Shown here: positions 1-10,205 of the stretch, piece after piece | Numbering within the stretch: the stretch's first letter is position 1 | Layout of the letters: every line of letters starts with the position of its first letter | Assembly: GCA_964481255.1 (NCBI GenBank) | Contig: CAYZTZ010000001.1 | Location: 38,236 to 102,235 of the forward strand | Length of the DNA: 64,000 bases | Direction: 5' to 3' | Source: an uncultured Acidobacteriota bacterium | GTDB taxonomy: Bacteria > Acidobacteriota > UBA6911 | Program-made: the position numbers and the translations under genes | Notes under the pieces: model-generated | Told to the model about the DNA's origin: nothing | What the model saw: only the letters and a program-made list of their open reading frames with translations | Databases searched by the model: none

Positions 1-678
1 ACGGAGTTTTTGCCGGAGACGGAGGACGGGACGTCGGACCGCGCAGGAGCCGAGAAGGTGCTTCCCCGGCTTTCAGAGATCGACGCTCTGGTTATCGGGC
101 CGGGAATGACGACCCAGCCATCGACCCGGAGGCTTGTGTGGGAACTTGTAAGGCGCTCCCCGATACCGGTGGTGCTGGATGCGGACGGGATCAACGCATT
201 TGTCGCTCCCGCTGAACCGCTTTGCAACGAAGCGGGGCAGCCGGTGGTCCTCACCCCTCACCCCGGGGAAATGGCGCGACTCGTCGGCCGGAAAATCCAG
301 GATATCCAGAAAAACCGTTTGGCCACGGCCCGCGATTACGCCGCGGAAAGGGGCTGCCACGTGATCTTGAAAGGGTTTCAAACCGTCGTCGCCGCCCCGA
401 CAGGCGAAGTTTACATCAACAGCACGGGAAATCCGGGCATGGCGACCGGCGGGACGGGGGACATTCTGGCCGGCATGGTGGGGCGGTTCGTCGCATACTG
501 GAACCGGCAGAGGAAAGAGGAAAAATCGCATCATCTGTCGGAATACCTGTCCGCCTCCGTTTACCTGCATGGATTGGCCGGGGACATTGCCGCGGCCCGC
601 GAAGGGATGGAGTCGCTGATCGCGACCGATCTCCTGAAGTATCTTCCTCAAGCGTTCCGGAACGTGTTGAACTCATGA
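1..678 (+). CDS. nnr: NAD(P)H-hydrate dehydratase domain (Nnr / YjeF C-terminal domain), 5' partial at window edge
   Basis: The reading frame is open from base 1; the TTG at 10 is internal. It carries the GTGDILAG motif typical of the YjeF_C carbohydrate-kinase-like domain, and its stop overlaps the tsaE start (ATGA). Confidence 0.7.
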   Translation, partial: TEFLPETEDGTSDRAGAEKVLPRLSEIDALVIGPGMTTQPSTRRLVWELVRRSPIPVVLDADGINAFVAPAEPLCNEAGQPVVLTPHPGEMARLVGRKIQDIQKNRLATARDYAAERGCHVILKGFQTVVAAPTGEVYINSTGNPGMATGGTGDILAGMVGRFVAYWNRQRKEEKSHHLSEYLSASVYLHGLAGDIAAAREGMESLIATDLLKYLPQAFRNVLNS

Positions 679-1193
679 CATCGCGCGCAAGAGCTCCTCA
701 GAGAAAGGCCGTCCGCCTTGTCAGCAGATCTGCGGAGGAAACCGAAAACATCGGATGTCGCATAGCCCGGGCTTTGCCGGTGCCTGGTGTCGTGCTTCTG
801 AGAGGCGCTCTGGGCAGCGGCAAGACCACCTTGACGCGGGGCATTGCCAGGGGATTGGGTGTTCAGGACCCCGGAGCCGTTTGCAGCCCGTCTTTCACCC
901 TGGTGAACATCTACCGAGGCGTCTGCCCCGTCTATCATGTGGATCTCTACAGGCTTGAAGGGGAAAGAGACTTGTATTCGATCGGCCTGGACGATTTCCT
1001 GGGCCGCGAAGGGGTGACCGTCGTCGAATGGAGCGAAAGACTCCCTTACCAGGTGCCGGGGGCCGCCATCGTGGAGTTGCAGGAAACCGGCGAAAACACG
1101 CGAATGATATGGATTCAATCGCCGGATAAGCGCGCGCGGCCTGTGCCGGAAGGCGTAGTCCGACGGCGCACCGGAAAGAGGCATGGTGATTGA
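675..1193 (+). CDS. tsaE: tRNA threonylcarbamoyladenosine biosynthesis ATPase TsaE (YjeE)
   Basis: The sequence MTSRARAP...LRGALGSGKTTLTRGIARGLG has a P-loop with GSGKTT and is about 170 aa. It is translationally coupled to nnr, the usual nnr-tsaE neighbourhood. The ORF-track ORF 222..1193 is a high-GC upstream extension of this gene. Confidence 0.75.
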   Translation: MTSRARAPQRKAVRLVSRSAEETENIGCRIARALPVPGVVLLRGALGSGKTTLTRGIARGLGVQDPGAVCSPSFTLVNIYRGVCPVYHVDLYRLEGERDLYSIGLDDFLGREGVTVVEWSERLPYQVPGAAIVELQETGENTRMIWIQSPDKRARPVPEGVVRRRTGKRHGD

Positions 1194-2631
1194 CTTGAAA
1201 CGTTCGGGGTGGCCTGAGGATCCCAGGATTTGGAAGGATTACGCTTCGGGTTCCCTCGAGCGCTTGTCGCCGCAGACCGCGCGATGGGACACGCAGATGC
1301 TCAAGGCGCAGGCGGCCTTGATTCGAAGGAATTCCTCGGCGCCTGAGGATCTGCTGCGTCGCCTGGAGGACGGATTGGGATCGGGCTATGCCCGGACCTT
1401 GGAGAATTTACGGGGCCTCCGGCGCCCCGGGACCGTGGTTGTCGCCGCCAGAATCCATGCGTGTCTGTTGGGAGGTCCGCTCTTTCAATTCCTGAAATGC
1501 CTGACCGCCGTCAAGGCGTGCCGGGAACTGGCGCGGTATTCGATTGAGGCGGTGCCCCTGTTCTGGGTCAGCGACGCTCCCCCGGCGGTTTTTTCGCAAT
1601 GGAGCGCCTGTATGCCGGATCATGAAGGGGAGCTTCATCGGTTCAGCCTGCAGCCGCCCGAACCGGCTCCTTGCGCCGCAGACCCTCTCCCGCGCGATCG
1701 TGTGGAGGCGCTCCTGGCTGAGATCGAAAGCCTGGGACGGGGCGATTTCGACGCCGAGACCCTGGAGACGCTCCGTGCGGCCTATGGACGCGGAGCCACC
1801 CTTTCGTCGGCGACGGCCCGGCTTTTCCTGGATTGGATGAGTCCGTGGGGGGCGATTGTGCTTGATGCCGGGGCGCCGGAAGTGAAGACTGTCCTGGAAG
1901 GGGCGTCGGCCCTGCTCCGCGGCAAGGTCGACAGGGTCGAGACGCTTCTCCGTGCGCAGGCGGCGCTTCTGGCGGAGAACGGCTATGACGCGCCGGCGAA
2001 GGATGGCGCTCTCCAGGATTTTCCGGCACAAAGCTGTGTCTTTCCCGTCGCCGTGGCGGTTCTGGATCCCGGTGAAGTCCACTCCTTCGTCATGGCGCTT
2101 CCGGTTTTCGAAGAGCTGGGGGTGTCGCCGCCCCTGGCGTGCCCTCGGTCCAGGGCGGCGGTCGTGGACGCCCGCAGCCGGCGGACGCTCGTGAAATACG
2201 GCCTGGATGCGCGGGACTTATTTGCGGATGAAGGCGAATGGACGGAAAAAGTGGCAGGGGCCGTCCCGTGCGAGGCGGAGCGGAAGCTGAGAGAGCTGGG
2301 CGCGGAAATCGAGCTTCGGATGGCGGAACTGAAGGCCCTGATCCCCGCGGGAATCGGATCAAGGAAAATGCCGGATTCCTGCGAAGAGAGGATACTATAC
2401 CAGATCGAGAAACTGCGGCGGCATTGCGAACAGGCCGCCGCAAGACGCCTGTCGGCGGCGGAGCGGAGGATACGCCGGGCGCGCAATTTCCTCGCGCCGG
2501 CGGGATTCCCGCAGGAGCGGGCGCTTGCGGGCATATTTTTCCCGCTGCGTTACTCCCGGTCGGTTCTGGGACGTATTCATGACGAGCTGGAGCTTTTTCA
2601 ATTCGAACCGCGTCTTATCTTTATGGATTGA
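1183..2631 (+). CDS. putative bacillithiol biosynthesis cysteine-adding enzyme BshC-like protein
   Basis: This 482 aa cytosolic protein has a predicted C-terminal coiled-coil (RKLRELGAEIELRMAELKAL). It lies directly upstream of an LmbE/PIG-L deacetylase (BshB-like). The call rests on gene context and overall architecture only. Confidence 0.35.
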   Translation: MVIDLKRSGWPEDPRIWKDYASGSLERLSPQTARWDTQMLKAQAALIRRNSSAPEDLLRRLEDGLGSGYARTLENLRGLRRPGTVVVAARIHACLLGGPLFQFLKCLTAVKACRELARYSIEAVPLFWVSDAPPAVFSQWSACMPDHEGELHRFSLQPPEPAPCAADPLPRDRVEALLAEIESLGRGDFDAETLETLRAAYGRGATLSSATARLFLDWMSPWGAIVLDAGAPEVKTVLEGASALLRGKVDRVETLLRAQAALLAENGYDAPAKDGALQDFPAQSCVFPVAVAVLDPGEVHSFVMALPVFEELGVSPPLACPRSRAAVVDARSRRTLVKYGLDARDLFADEGEWTEKVAGAVPCEAERKLRELGAEIELRMAELKALIPAGIGSRKMPDSCEERILYQIEKLRRHCEQAAARRLSAAERRIRRARNFLAPAGFPQERALAGIFFPLRYSRSVLGRIHDELELFQFEPRLIFMD

Positions 2632-2634
2632 GCC

Positions 2635-3339
2635 ATGCATCTGGACATACTTGCTTTCGGCGCGCACCCTGACGATGTGGAGCTCTTTGCGGGCGGAACT
2701 CTGGCCAAAATGGCTGCGTTGGGCCATTCCACCGGCGTCGTGGACATGACGCGCGGGGAACTGGGCACACGAGGGACAGCGGCGCAGCGAAGGAAGGAGG
2801 CCGCCCAGGCCGCCGCGATTCTCAACCTGAAGGTCCGGGAAAACCTGGGATTGCCCGACGGCGCCGTGCCGGTGACGCCGGCGGCGCGGCTCAAGGTCAT
2901 CCGCATTCTGAGAAAGTACCGGCCGAGCGTGGTTTTGACGCATTACTGGGACGACCGGCACCCCGATCATGCCGCCACGAGCCGGCTGGTATCGGAAGCC
3001 GCGCATCATTCCGGACTGGCCAAGGTGAATACAGGTCAAAGGCGGCATCGTCCCAAGGCGCTCCTCTACTTTAAGATTCCTCCGCATCAAGCGCCGAGCT
3101 TTGTCGTCGATGTCTCGGATTACCACGAACAGCGCCGGGCCGCCATCGCGGCCTATCGCTCCCAGCTCTTTGATCCCTCCAGCGACGAGCCGTCCACCAC
3201 GTTGAGCCAACCGGATTTCCTGGCTCATGTGGAAAGCCTCCATTCGTTTTACGGGACGCTGATCGGGAAACGAAAAGGGGAGGCCTTCCATATCAAAGGG
3301 GTCCTGGAGATCCCGGATATCGTCCGGCACTTTCAATAG
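2635..3339 (+). CDS. PIG-L/LmbE family deacetylase (BshB1-like N-acetylglucosaminyl-malate deacetylase)
   Basis: The N-terminal sequence ILAFGAHPDDVELFAGGTLAK is the AHPDDxE zinc-binding motif of the LmbE family. The protein is 234 aa. Confidence 0.6.
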   Translation: MHLDILAFGAHPDDVELFAGGTLAKMAALGHSTGVVDMTRGELGTRGTAAQRRKEAAQAAAILNLKVRENLGLPDGAVPVTPAARLKVIRILRKYRPSVVLTHYWDDRHPDHAATSRLVSEAAHHSGLAKVNTGQRRHRPKALLYFKIPPHQAPSFVVDVSDYHEQRRAAIAAYRSQLFDPSSDEPSTTLSQPDFLAHVESLHSFYGTLIGKRKGEAFHIKGVLEIPDIVRHFQ

Positions 3340-3450
3340 ACGCCCGTGCAGGTCCGACAGGGAATCCCGGCGGCGCGACAGGGGCCCGCGCCGCCTCAGG
3401 CCGCGGGCCGCAGGCTGTGCTATAATCGGCAAGCGGACAGGGGACACGGA

Positions 3451-4890
3451 ATGTTCAGGGAACGCGCGAAGCTCTACAACAGATTGCAGTTTTTTTTCGA
3501 CCTGCTGGCGACCTCAGCGGCCTTTCCCGCGGCCTATTTCAGCCGCGTCCATCTTCAGAGGGTTCTCCCGCCGGAACTCGACCGTCTGCTCAATCCGGCC
3601 CTGCTTCCCCCGGGCGACTATCTTTGGATCGTCGCGCTCGCCGTGTGCTGCTGGTCGGTCGCCGCCTTCTCGCTCGGGCTTTACCGCATCTCCATGCGGC
3701 GCTCGGGGTGGGAAAAAGTGCGCATCGTCCTTGAAAGCTCCCTCATCCTCTGGCTTTTCCTGGGCTTTCTTTCCTTTGCTCTGAAACTGGACCTCAGCCG
3801 TCCCCTCATAGCGCTTTTTGTACTGTACCAGGCGGCGATCCTGGTCGCGGCCCGTCTGGTGGTATTGCTTCACGCCAGGAGAAAAGGCCTGTTCTTCCCC
3901 TCCAGGCACTTCCGCAATGTCGTGATTATTGGAAACCTCGCAAAGGCGCGGGACATGGGCCGATTGATCTCGCGCTATTCGGATTGGGGCTTCCGAATCC
4001 TGGGATATGTCGTGGTGGCCGGCGAGGAGGAAGCCGCGCGGGAGAAGGACGTCCTCGGGACCGAATCCGACCTGCCTCAAATCCTCGAAGACAATATCGT
4101 GGACGAGATCCTGTTTGTCGGGGACCGTCTCCATCTGGGCCGGCTCGACGGAATTCTCGAAATCTGCCAGGAACAGGGTATCCGGACGCGCGTCGCGGCG
4201 GATTTTTTCCCGGCGAAGGTCACCAACCTTTCCATGGAGTTTCTCGAGAACGTCCCCTTCATTACGTTCAGTACCGCGCCCGAGCACGCTCCCTCCCTTC
4301 TCGCGAAGCGCATGATCGATGTGGTGGTTTCGGCCATCCTGCTCGTCGTTCTGGCGCCCCTCCTTCTGCTTGTCTGCCTTCTGGTGAAACTGACGTCGAA
4401 GGGACCGGCCATATACCGCCAGGTCCGCTGCGGTCTCTACGGGCGGAAATTCGTACTCTATAAGATCCGGAGCATGTACGAAGGCGCCGAAGACGTCCTC
4501 TGGGAGATCAAACACCTGAATGAGATGGACGGGCCCGTTTTCAAAATGCGCAACGACCCGCGCGTCACCCCCCTCGGGCGCTTTCTGCGCAAGAGTTCCA
4601 TCGACGAGTGGCCGCAGTTCTGGAATGTACTGAAGGGGGACATGAGTCTCGTCGGCCCCCGCGCCCCCCTCCCGGAGGAGGTCCGGGAGTACACGCGGTG
4701 GCAGCGCCGGAGACTGTCGGTGCGGCCGGGCATGACCTGCCTGTGGCAGATTTCAGGCCGCAACGAAATCGATTTCCACGAGTGGATGAAACTCGATCTG
4801 CAATATATCGACCAGTGGTCCCTCTTCCTGGATTTCAAAATCCTCCTGCGCACGTTTCCGGCTGTTCTCCTCGGGAAAGGGGCGCGGTAG
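3451..4890 (+). CDS. exopolysaccharide biosynthesis polyprenyl glycosylphosphotransferase (WbaP/WcaJ family sugar transferase)
   Basis: It has N-terminal TM helices and a C-terminal bacterial sugar-transferase domain (KFRSMYEGAED...DEWPQFWNVLKGDMSLVGPRAP). The ATG at 3451 is preferred over the 3346 start given by the track. Confidence 0.85.
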   Translation: MFRERAKLYNRLQFFFDLLATSAAFPAAYFSRVHLQRVLPPELDRLLNPALLPPGDYLWIVALAVCCWSVAAFSLGLYRISMRRSGWEKVRIVLESSLILWLFLGFLSFALKLDLSRPLIALFVLYQAAILVAARLVVLLHARRKGLFFPSRHFRNVVIIGNLAKARDMGRLISRYSDWGFRILGYVVVAGEEEAAREKDVLGTESDLPQILEDNIVDEILFVGDRLHLGRLDGILEICQEQGIRTRVAADFFPAKVTNLSMEFLENVPFITFSTAPEHAPSLLAKRMIDVVVSAILLVVLAPLLLLVCLLVKLTSKGPAIYRQVRCGLYGRKFVLYKIRSMYEGAEDVLWEIKHLNEMDGPVFKMRNDPRVTPLGRFLRKSSIDEWPQFWNVLKGDMSLVGPRAPLPEEVREYTRWQRRRLSVRPGMTCLWQISGRNEIDFHEWMKLDLQYIDQWSLFLDFKILLRTFPAVLLGKGAR

Positions 4891-4903
4891 CGATCGCGCG
4901 GTC

Positions 4904-6733
4904 TCAATCAGGGAGCGCGAAGGGTCGGCCCTGAGATACGGATGGCCCCGGAGGCGCCGCCTGGTCCTTGTACTGAAGCTGATACAGCCTCCAGTAAATC
5001 CCCTTCAGACGCAGCAGTTCCTGGTGGGTTCCCGTTTCGCGGATGCGTCCGCGGTGCAGGACGAGGATCCGGTCCGCATTCTGGATGGTGGAGAGGCGGT
5101 GGGCGATGATGATGGAGGTCCGGTCGGCGAGGAGTCTCTCGATGGCGTCCCGTATCAGCAGTTCGGTCTCGGTGTCGATGCTGGAGGTCGCCTCGTCCAG
5201 CACCAGGATTTTGGGGTCATACGCCAGAGCCCGCGCGAAGGCGAGGAGCTGTTTCTGACCGACCGAGAGGGAGGAGCCCCTCTCCCCGACCCTGGATTCG
5301 AATTTCTTTTCGAGTCTTTCGATAAAGCCGGAGGCGTGGACGGTCTCGGCCGCCCGCTGGACCTGGACGGCCCCGATCTTTGGGTTCCCGAGGCGGATAT
5401 TCTCGCAGATGCTGCCTGAGAAGAGGAATACGTCCTGGAGCACGATGCCGATGGATCGTCTCAAGCCCTGAAGGTCGTAATCCCTGACATCGATCCCGTC
5501 CACCAGGATCGCCCCCTGCTGAACGTCATAGAAGCGGCATAGCAGCGAGATCAGGGTGGATTTGCCGGCCCCCGTTGCTCCGACGACGGCCACCCTCTCC
5601 CCCGGGGACACGCGGAAGGATATGTCGCGAAGGACGGGCTCGTCGGGCTTGTAGCTGAAATGCACGTTTCGAAATTCGATGCCGCCCCGCTCCACCGCCG
5701 CCGCCTTGGGCGCCGCGGGGGAGACGACGGCGGGCGCCGTGTCCAGAAGCCTGAAGATCCGCTCCGAGGCGGCCATCGCCGACTGGAGTATCGTGTACTT
5801 TTCGCTGAGGTCGGAGATCGGTCTGAAGAAACGGTCCGAGTACTGGATGAAGGCCACGAGCGTTCCCACCGTCAGGGTGCCCGCAAGCACCTGGAGCCCC
5901 CCGTACCAGACGATGAGAGCGATGGCCGCGGCGGAGATCAGCTCGAGAATGGGATAGAAAATAGCATAGTAGAAAATGGACTGCAGGTTCGCGTCGAGGT
6001 GCTCCTTGTTGATGCGCGTGAAGCGCCGGTACTGCCCGGCCTCCCTCCCGAAAAGCTGAACCACCGCCGCTCCGGTGATGTTTTCCTGCAGGAACGCGTT
6101 GATGCGCGCGATGGCGGTCCGGACCCTGCGGTAGGAATCCCGCACCTTGATCTTGAACAGCAGCGTGGCGAGGACGAGAAACGGCAGCACGGCGAAGACG
6201 GCCAGCGCGAGCTTGTAGTGGAGCAGAAAAAGCGAAAGGACGATGCCGGAGAGAACGAAAATGTCTTCAAAGACGGAAATGACCCCCGCCGTGAAGAGTT
6301 CGTTCAGGGCGTCGACGTCCGTGGTGACGCGCGTCATCAGCCGTCCGACGGGGTTCCGGTCGAAAAAGGCCACATCCAAGCTCTGAAGATGCCGGAAGAT
6401 CTCCATCCGAAGATCGCGCATGATCTTCTGTCCCATCAGGTTGATGAGCCATGTTTGGCTGAATCTCAACGCGAAGACCAGGATCAGGGTGCCCAGATAC
6501 AGCAGGGCCACCTGGTTGAGTCCGGAGAAGTCGCTATGGCGGATATACCGGTCGATGGCCACCTTGGTCAGGTAAGGCTGGACGACGGAGAAGCCCGATC
6601 CCAGGAGGAGACAGACGACGGCCAGTTGGGCCGAACCGCGATAGGGGCGGATGTAGGCGAGCAGGCGCCGCATCAGCCGCGCGTCGTAGGCCTTGCCCAG
6701 AACCTGTTCTTCGTGCATGGTGTCGGCCGGCAT
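4904..6733 (-). CDS. ABC transporter ATP-binding/permease protein (type I exporter half-transporter, MsbA-like)
   Basis: It has six TM helices plus an NBD with Walker A GATGAGKST, the signature LSVGQKQ and Walker B ILVLDEATS. Confidence 0.85.
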   Translation of the reverse strand: MPADTMHEEQVLGKAYDARLMRRLLAYIRPYRGSAQLAVVCLLLGSGFSVVQPYLTKVAIDRYIRHSDFSGLNQVALLYLGTLILVFALRFSQTWLINLMGQKIMRDLRMEIFRHLQSLDVAFFDRNPVGRLMTRVTTDVDALNELFTAGVISVFEDIFVLSGIVLSLFLLHYKLALAVFAVLPFLVLATLLFKIKVRDSYRRVRTAIARINAFLQENITGAAVVQLFGREAGQYRRFTRINKEHLDANLQSIFYYAIFYPILELISAAAIALIVWYGGLQVLAGTLTVGTLVAFIQYSDRFFRPISDLSEKYTILQSAMAASERIFRLLDTAPAVVSPAAPKAAAVERGGIEFRNVHFSYKPDEPVLRDISFRVSPGERVAVVGATGAGKSTLISLLCRFYDVQQGAILVDGIDVRDYDLQGLRRSIGIVLQDVFLFSGSICENIRLGNPKIGAVQVQRAAETVHASGFIERLEKKFESRVGERGSSLSVGQKQLLAFARALAYDPKILVLDEATSSIDTETELLIRDAIERLLADRTSIIIAHRLSTIQNADRILVLHRGRIRETGTHQELLRLKGIYWRLYQLQYKDQAAPPGPSVSQGRPFALPD

Positions 6734-6735
6734 AT

Positions 6736-8529
6736 TCAGGTCGCCGCCAGCTCCTCTTCCAGGAGCTGCTTTCGATAAAGGTCCGCGTAAACGCCCTGCA
6801 GTTCCATCAGGGTTTCGTGGGTCCCGCGCTCCACGACGGCGCCGTCCTGAAGAACGACGATCTGATCGGCGCGGCGGATCGTGGAGATGCGGTGGGACAC
6901 CAGAATGGTTGTCCGGCCCCGCATTACTTGGGTGAGCTGTTCCAGGATCCGCTCTTCCGTGTACGTGTCGACATTCGACAGGGAATCGTCGAAGATCAGG
7001 ATTTTCGGCCGCGTGGCGACCGCCCTGCTGATGGCCACGCGCTGCTTCTGGCCTCCGGAAAGGGTGATGCCGCGCTCCCCCACGTAGGTTTCCATCCCCC
7101 GGGAAAAGGACCGGATCTCATCCGCTATCTGGGAAACTTCGGCCGCCCAGGCCACGTCCCTGTCGGCCATCCCGTCGCGGCTTCCGAACGCGATGTTTTC
7201 CCGGATGGTGTCGGAAAAAAGGAAGGTTTCCTGCGGAACGTGCCCGATGATCCTGCGTAGTTCGGCAAGCGGCCACAGGCGCACGTCCCGCCCGTCGATA
7301 AAAACCGTGTCCGGAGGAGGGTCGTAAAGGCGGGGGATCAGATTCACCAGGGTCGATTTGCCGCTTCCGGTATGGCCCACGATCGCGAGAGTGGCTCCGG
7401 CCGGAACCGACAGGCTGATGTCGCGCAGAACGGGCCCCTGGGAAGCCGGGTACTGAAATGTCAGACGGCGGATCTCCAGGGCGCCCTGAACCGGATCGGG
7501 CGCGCACGCCCCCGGTTCGTCCCTGATGTCCGGCTCCGCGTGCATGATTTCCAGAATCCTTCTCATGGACGCGGCGCCGCGCTGAAAGATGTTTATGACC
7601 CAGCCGACGGCGATGGTGGGCCAGGTGAGCATCGCCAGATACCCCATGAAAGCCACGAACTCTCCCAGCGTGAGCCGGCCCTGGATGACTTGGCGCCCCC
7701 CAAACCAGAGGAGGGCGACGGACGACATCCCTATAAGGGCCGTCATGAGCGGATAGAAGATTCCCCACAGCCGTATGAGCGCCACGTTGCGCCCGATGTA
7801 TTCGGTGTTGAGTTTCCCGAATTCCAGGATTTCGGACTCCTCCCTGGCGAACGCCTTCACGACGCGGATGCCGGAGATGTTTTCCTGCACCTTGGTGCTC
7901 AGGTTTGAAAACTGTTCCTGAATGCTTTCAAAGCGCCTGTCAATTTCCCCCCCGAATTTTTTGACCGTGACCGACACCAGGGCCATGGGTATATAGGCCA
8001 AAAGCGTCAGCTTCCAGTTCAGCCTCAGCAGAAGGGTAGTGCTGAAAACGACGAGCGCCAGGGTGTTCATGGAGTACATGATGCCCGGCCCGAGCACCGA
8101 TCGCACCGCGTTGAGATCGTTGGTGGCCCGGGACATGATGTCGCCCGTGCTCCGGGCCTGCAGGAAGGACAGGGACATTTTCTGGACGTGGGCCAGGAAA
8201 TCGTTGCGCAGATCGTATTCGATCTCGCGGCTCACGCCGATCAGAATCCTCCGCATCCAGAAACGGAAGAAACCTTCGACGACGGAGATGCCCAGTATCA
8301 GCGAGGCGTAATACGGCAGTTTTCCCCTGGAAAACTCGTGTTTGAAGCCGTCCACCACGTACTTCAGCACCCAGGGTGAAAAGAGGCTCGCGACCACCGT
8401 CAGCAAAACCATCGCAAAGCCGAGGGCGATCCGGCGACGGTATCTGCCCAGATACGGTAGAAGGTAAAGGAGGGGGTATTTGCGGTTCATGTTCGGAGCG
8501 GGTCTTCGGACTGCCTCTTGAAACCCCAT
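6736..8529 (-). CDS. ABC transporter ATP-binding/permease protein (partner half-transporter)
   Basis: It has a TMD plus an NBD (GHTGSGKST, LSGGQKQR, ILIFDDSLS). A 2-nt gap separates it from the downstream ABC gene, so the pair is likely a heterodimeric exporter. Confidence 0.85.
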   Translation of the reverse strand: MGFQEAVRRPAPNMNRKYPLLYLLPYLGRYRRRIALGFAMVLLTVVASLFSPWVLKYVVDGFKHEFSRGKLPYYASLILGISVVEGFFRFWMRRILIGVSREIEYDLRNDFLAHVQKMSLSFLQARSTGDIMSRATNDLNAVRSVLGPGIMYSMNTLALVVFSTTLLLRLNWKLTLLAYIPMALVSVTVKKFGGEIDRRFESIQEQFSNLSTKVQENISGIRVVKAFAREESEILEFGKLNTEYIGRNVALIRLWGIFYPLMTALIGMSSVALLWFGGRQVIQGRLTLGEFVAFMGYLAMLTWPTIAVGWVINIFQRGAASMRRILEIMHAEPDIRDEPGACAPDPVQGALEIRRLTFQYPASQGPVLRDISLSVPAGATLAIVGHTGSGKSTLVNLIPRLYDPPPDTVFIDGRDVRLWPLAELRRIIGHVPQETFLFSDTIRENIAFGSRDGMADRDVAWAAEVSQIADEIRSFSRGMETYVGERGITLSGGQKQRVAISRAVATRPKILIFDDSLSNVDTYTEERILEQLTQVMRGRTTILVSHRISTIRRADQIVVLQDGAVVERGTHETLMELQGVYADLYRKQLLEEELAAT

Positions 8530-8606
8530 GCGGCGGAATCTCCAAAAAATGAGCCCTATGTTTCCGCCGACTGTTGCGCGGATGGCGCCGTGCCCGGTAA
8601 TTCCCC

Positions 8607-9341
8607 TTATCCGGAATCCTCGCGCCTTTTGCGCATATCCCTGTATGGGACCCGCGGACCCTGGCGCAGCTTGAACTCCACGGAGTAGCTCCCGAATTCC
8701 ATTTTATATACGGGGTAGACCAGTTCGAACCGGGCCACTTCGCCCGGAGCGATCACCTCCTTGTCCATGCGGACGACGACGGTTTCCAGGACGGTCCGGT
8801 CGGGGGCGTACAGCCGTATGGAGGCGTCCAACTGCTCAATGGGGGTCGGAGCGATGTTGCGCACGGCGCCGCGGATGCGGAAAACGTCGCCGCTCAGTTC
8901 GTCGCCCAAATACAGGAAGGCGATCTTTTCCGGCTGGGCGGCCCCGTGCCGCGCCCGGAGGCGCTCGGCGATCCCGTCTATGGATCTCTGGGGCAGGAAA
9001 ACCAGGGCGAGTCCCGCCGCCGCTGCCACGCTCAGGATGACGATGAGGGCCCGGAGCAGGTCCCCCCAGAGACGGGGTCCGGCGGGCAGGATCTCGAAAG
9101 CCGGAGCCGCGGCCCCTTCCTTGTCCGCCGATTCGGCCGGGCCCGCCTGTGCCGGAGGTCTTTCAAGCGGCAATCGGCCTTCCTTTTCGGCGGGGGGATA
9201 GGGAAGGGAGGCCTGGGCCTCTTTTCGAACCGGCGGGCGCTTCGCTCCTTTTTCCCTTCTGCGGATCAGGATCCAGAGCGCCGCTGTCAGAAGGACGCCA
9301 ATCGAGATCAACACCATTCCAATGGTTTGCGGATCCGGCAT
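8607..9341 (-). CDS. hypothetical membrane protein (two TM helices, Pro-rich linker, C-terminal beta-rich domain)
   Basis: It has clean ORF statistics. The TM helices are IGMVLISIGVLLTAALWILI and LLRALIVILSVAAAAGLALVFL. I recognise no family. Confidence 0.5.
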   Translation of the reverse strand: MPDPQTIGMVLISIGVLLTAALWILIRRREKGAKRPPVRKEAQASLPYPPAEKEGRLPLERPPAQAGPAESADKEGAAAPAFEILPAGPRLWGDLLRALIVILSVAAAAGLALVFLPQRSIDGIAERLRARHGAAQPEKIAFLYLGDELSGDVFRIRGAVRNIAPTPIEQLDASIRLYAPDRTVLETVVVRMDKEVIAPGEVARFELVYPVYKMEFGSYSVEFKLRQGPRVPYRDMRKRREDSG

Positions 9342-9357
9342 GGTCGGGTGCGAAAAG

Positions 9358-9975
9358 CTATCTGGATGGAGGCGTCGGAAACTTGGGCTGGCGCGGGTCG
9401 ACAGGCTGAGGGCTCTTGCCCCAGAAACCCTTTCTCTTTTCCGCCGGGGCTTCCGATCCTATGAGCTTCATGCTTATTTTCCCGAGAATGCGTCGCTCGT
9501 AGGTCCCCAGGGACTCGAGAGGCAGCCATCTTTCAGTCCCGTCCACATCCCGATTGAGTCCTTCCATTTTGGTTCGTATCGTAAGCATGGTCTCGCTGGG
9601 GCTCACGATTTCGATAACGGCTTCAACCGAATATCGGGCTTTCAGCCAGGTTCCCGTGATCGTGTCCTGCCGTATCGCCACCTTGTCGACTTCGCTCGCG
9701 GTCAAAGAACCGGTGATGAAATCATAAGGGCGCGTGGTTATTCTGCCGGCCTGGCGGTCGTCGACCTCAATCCGGAATCCCATGTCTTCAAGCACCTCGT
9801 GAACGGTATTGGCCACGATGTCGGACTTGTAGAGGAACTTGACCGGATCGGGCAGGCTCGGTCTCTGCGTCTGGGCGCGGATCGGGAGGACAAGGCTCAA
9901 TCCGAGCATTACCGTCAGGGCGGTTCGCGGCAGGAACGGCTCCAAGTGGTGAAAAAACGGCAATTCTCGGCTCAC
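9358..9975 (-). CDS. hypothetical secreted protein (signal peptide)
   Basis: The N-terminal sequence TALTVMLGLSLVLPIRAQTQ looks like an SPI signal. The composition is balanced, unlike the R-rich antisense ORF 9322..10116. It lies 16 nt upstream of the membrane protein gene on the same strand. Confidence 0.5.
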   Translation of the reverse strand: MSRELPFFHHLEPFLPRTALTVMLGLSLVLPIRAQTQRPSLPDPVKFLYKSDIVANTVHEVLEDMGFRIEVDDRQAGRITTRPYDFITGSLTASEVDKVAIRQDTITGTWLKARYSVEAVIEIVSPSETMLTIRTKMEGLNRDVDGTERWLPLESLGTYERRILGKISMKLIGSEAPAEKRKGFWGKSPQPVDPRQPKFPTPPSR

Positions 9976-10040
9976 GCCGTGATCCTAACATCGGCTATCG
10001 CCCAAGTCAATGTTCGTCCCGGCGGAGGGCGCCTCCTCTT

Positions 10041-10056
10041 GAAAGCCCGGGCTTTC
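10041..10056. promoter_or_regulatory. perfect 16-bp palindrome GAAAGCCCGGGCTTTC in divergent intergenic region
   Basis: This was read directly from the sequence. It lies between divergent gene starts 9975 (-) and 10314 (+), and is a candidate operator. Confidence 0.3.
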
Positions 10057-10205
10057 CGGCGGACCGATATCCGACGCAAGAAGAATAATCTCGAAAAAAA
10101 CCGACGGAACGTCTAAACTCGGACCTGGTCTCAAACGGAGAGGATAAATCCTTTCGAAAAATGAGGTCGGGGCCGGCAAGGGATTGACGCAGTCGCGCAG
10201 TCCCC

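Noticed and set aside
222-1193. A long 323 aa ORF spanning nnr and tsaE.
   Set aside because: Its N-terminal two-thirds is an alternative-frame overlap of the nnr coding region. Only the part from the ATG at 675 matches TsaE.
9322-10116. A 264 aa plus-strand ORF.
   Set aside because: It is antisense to the signal-peptide protein gene 9358..9975 and has R-rich low-complexity composition.
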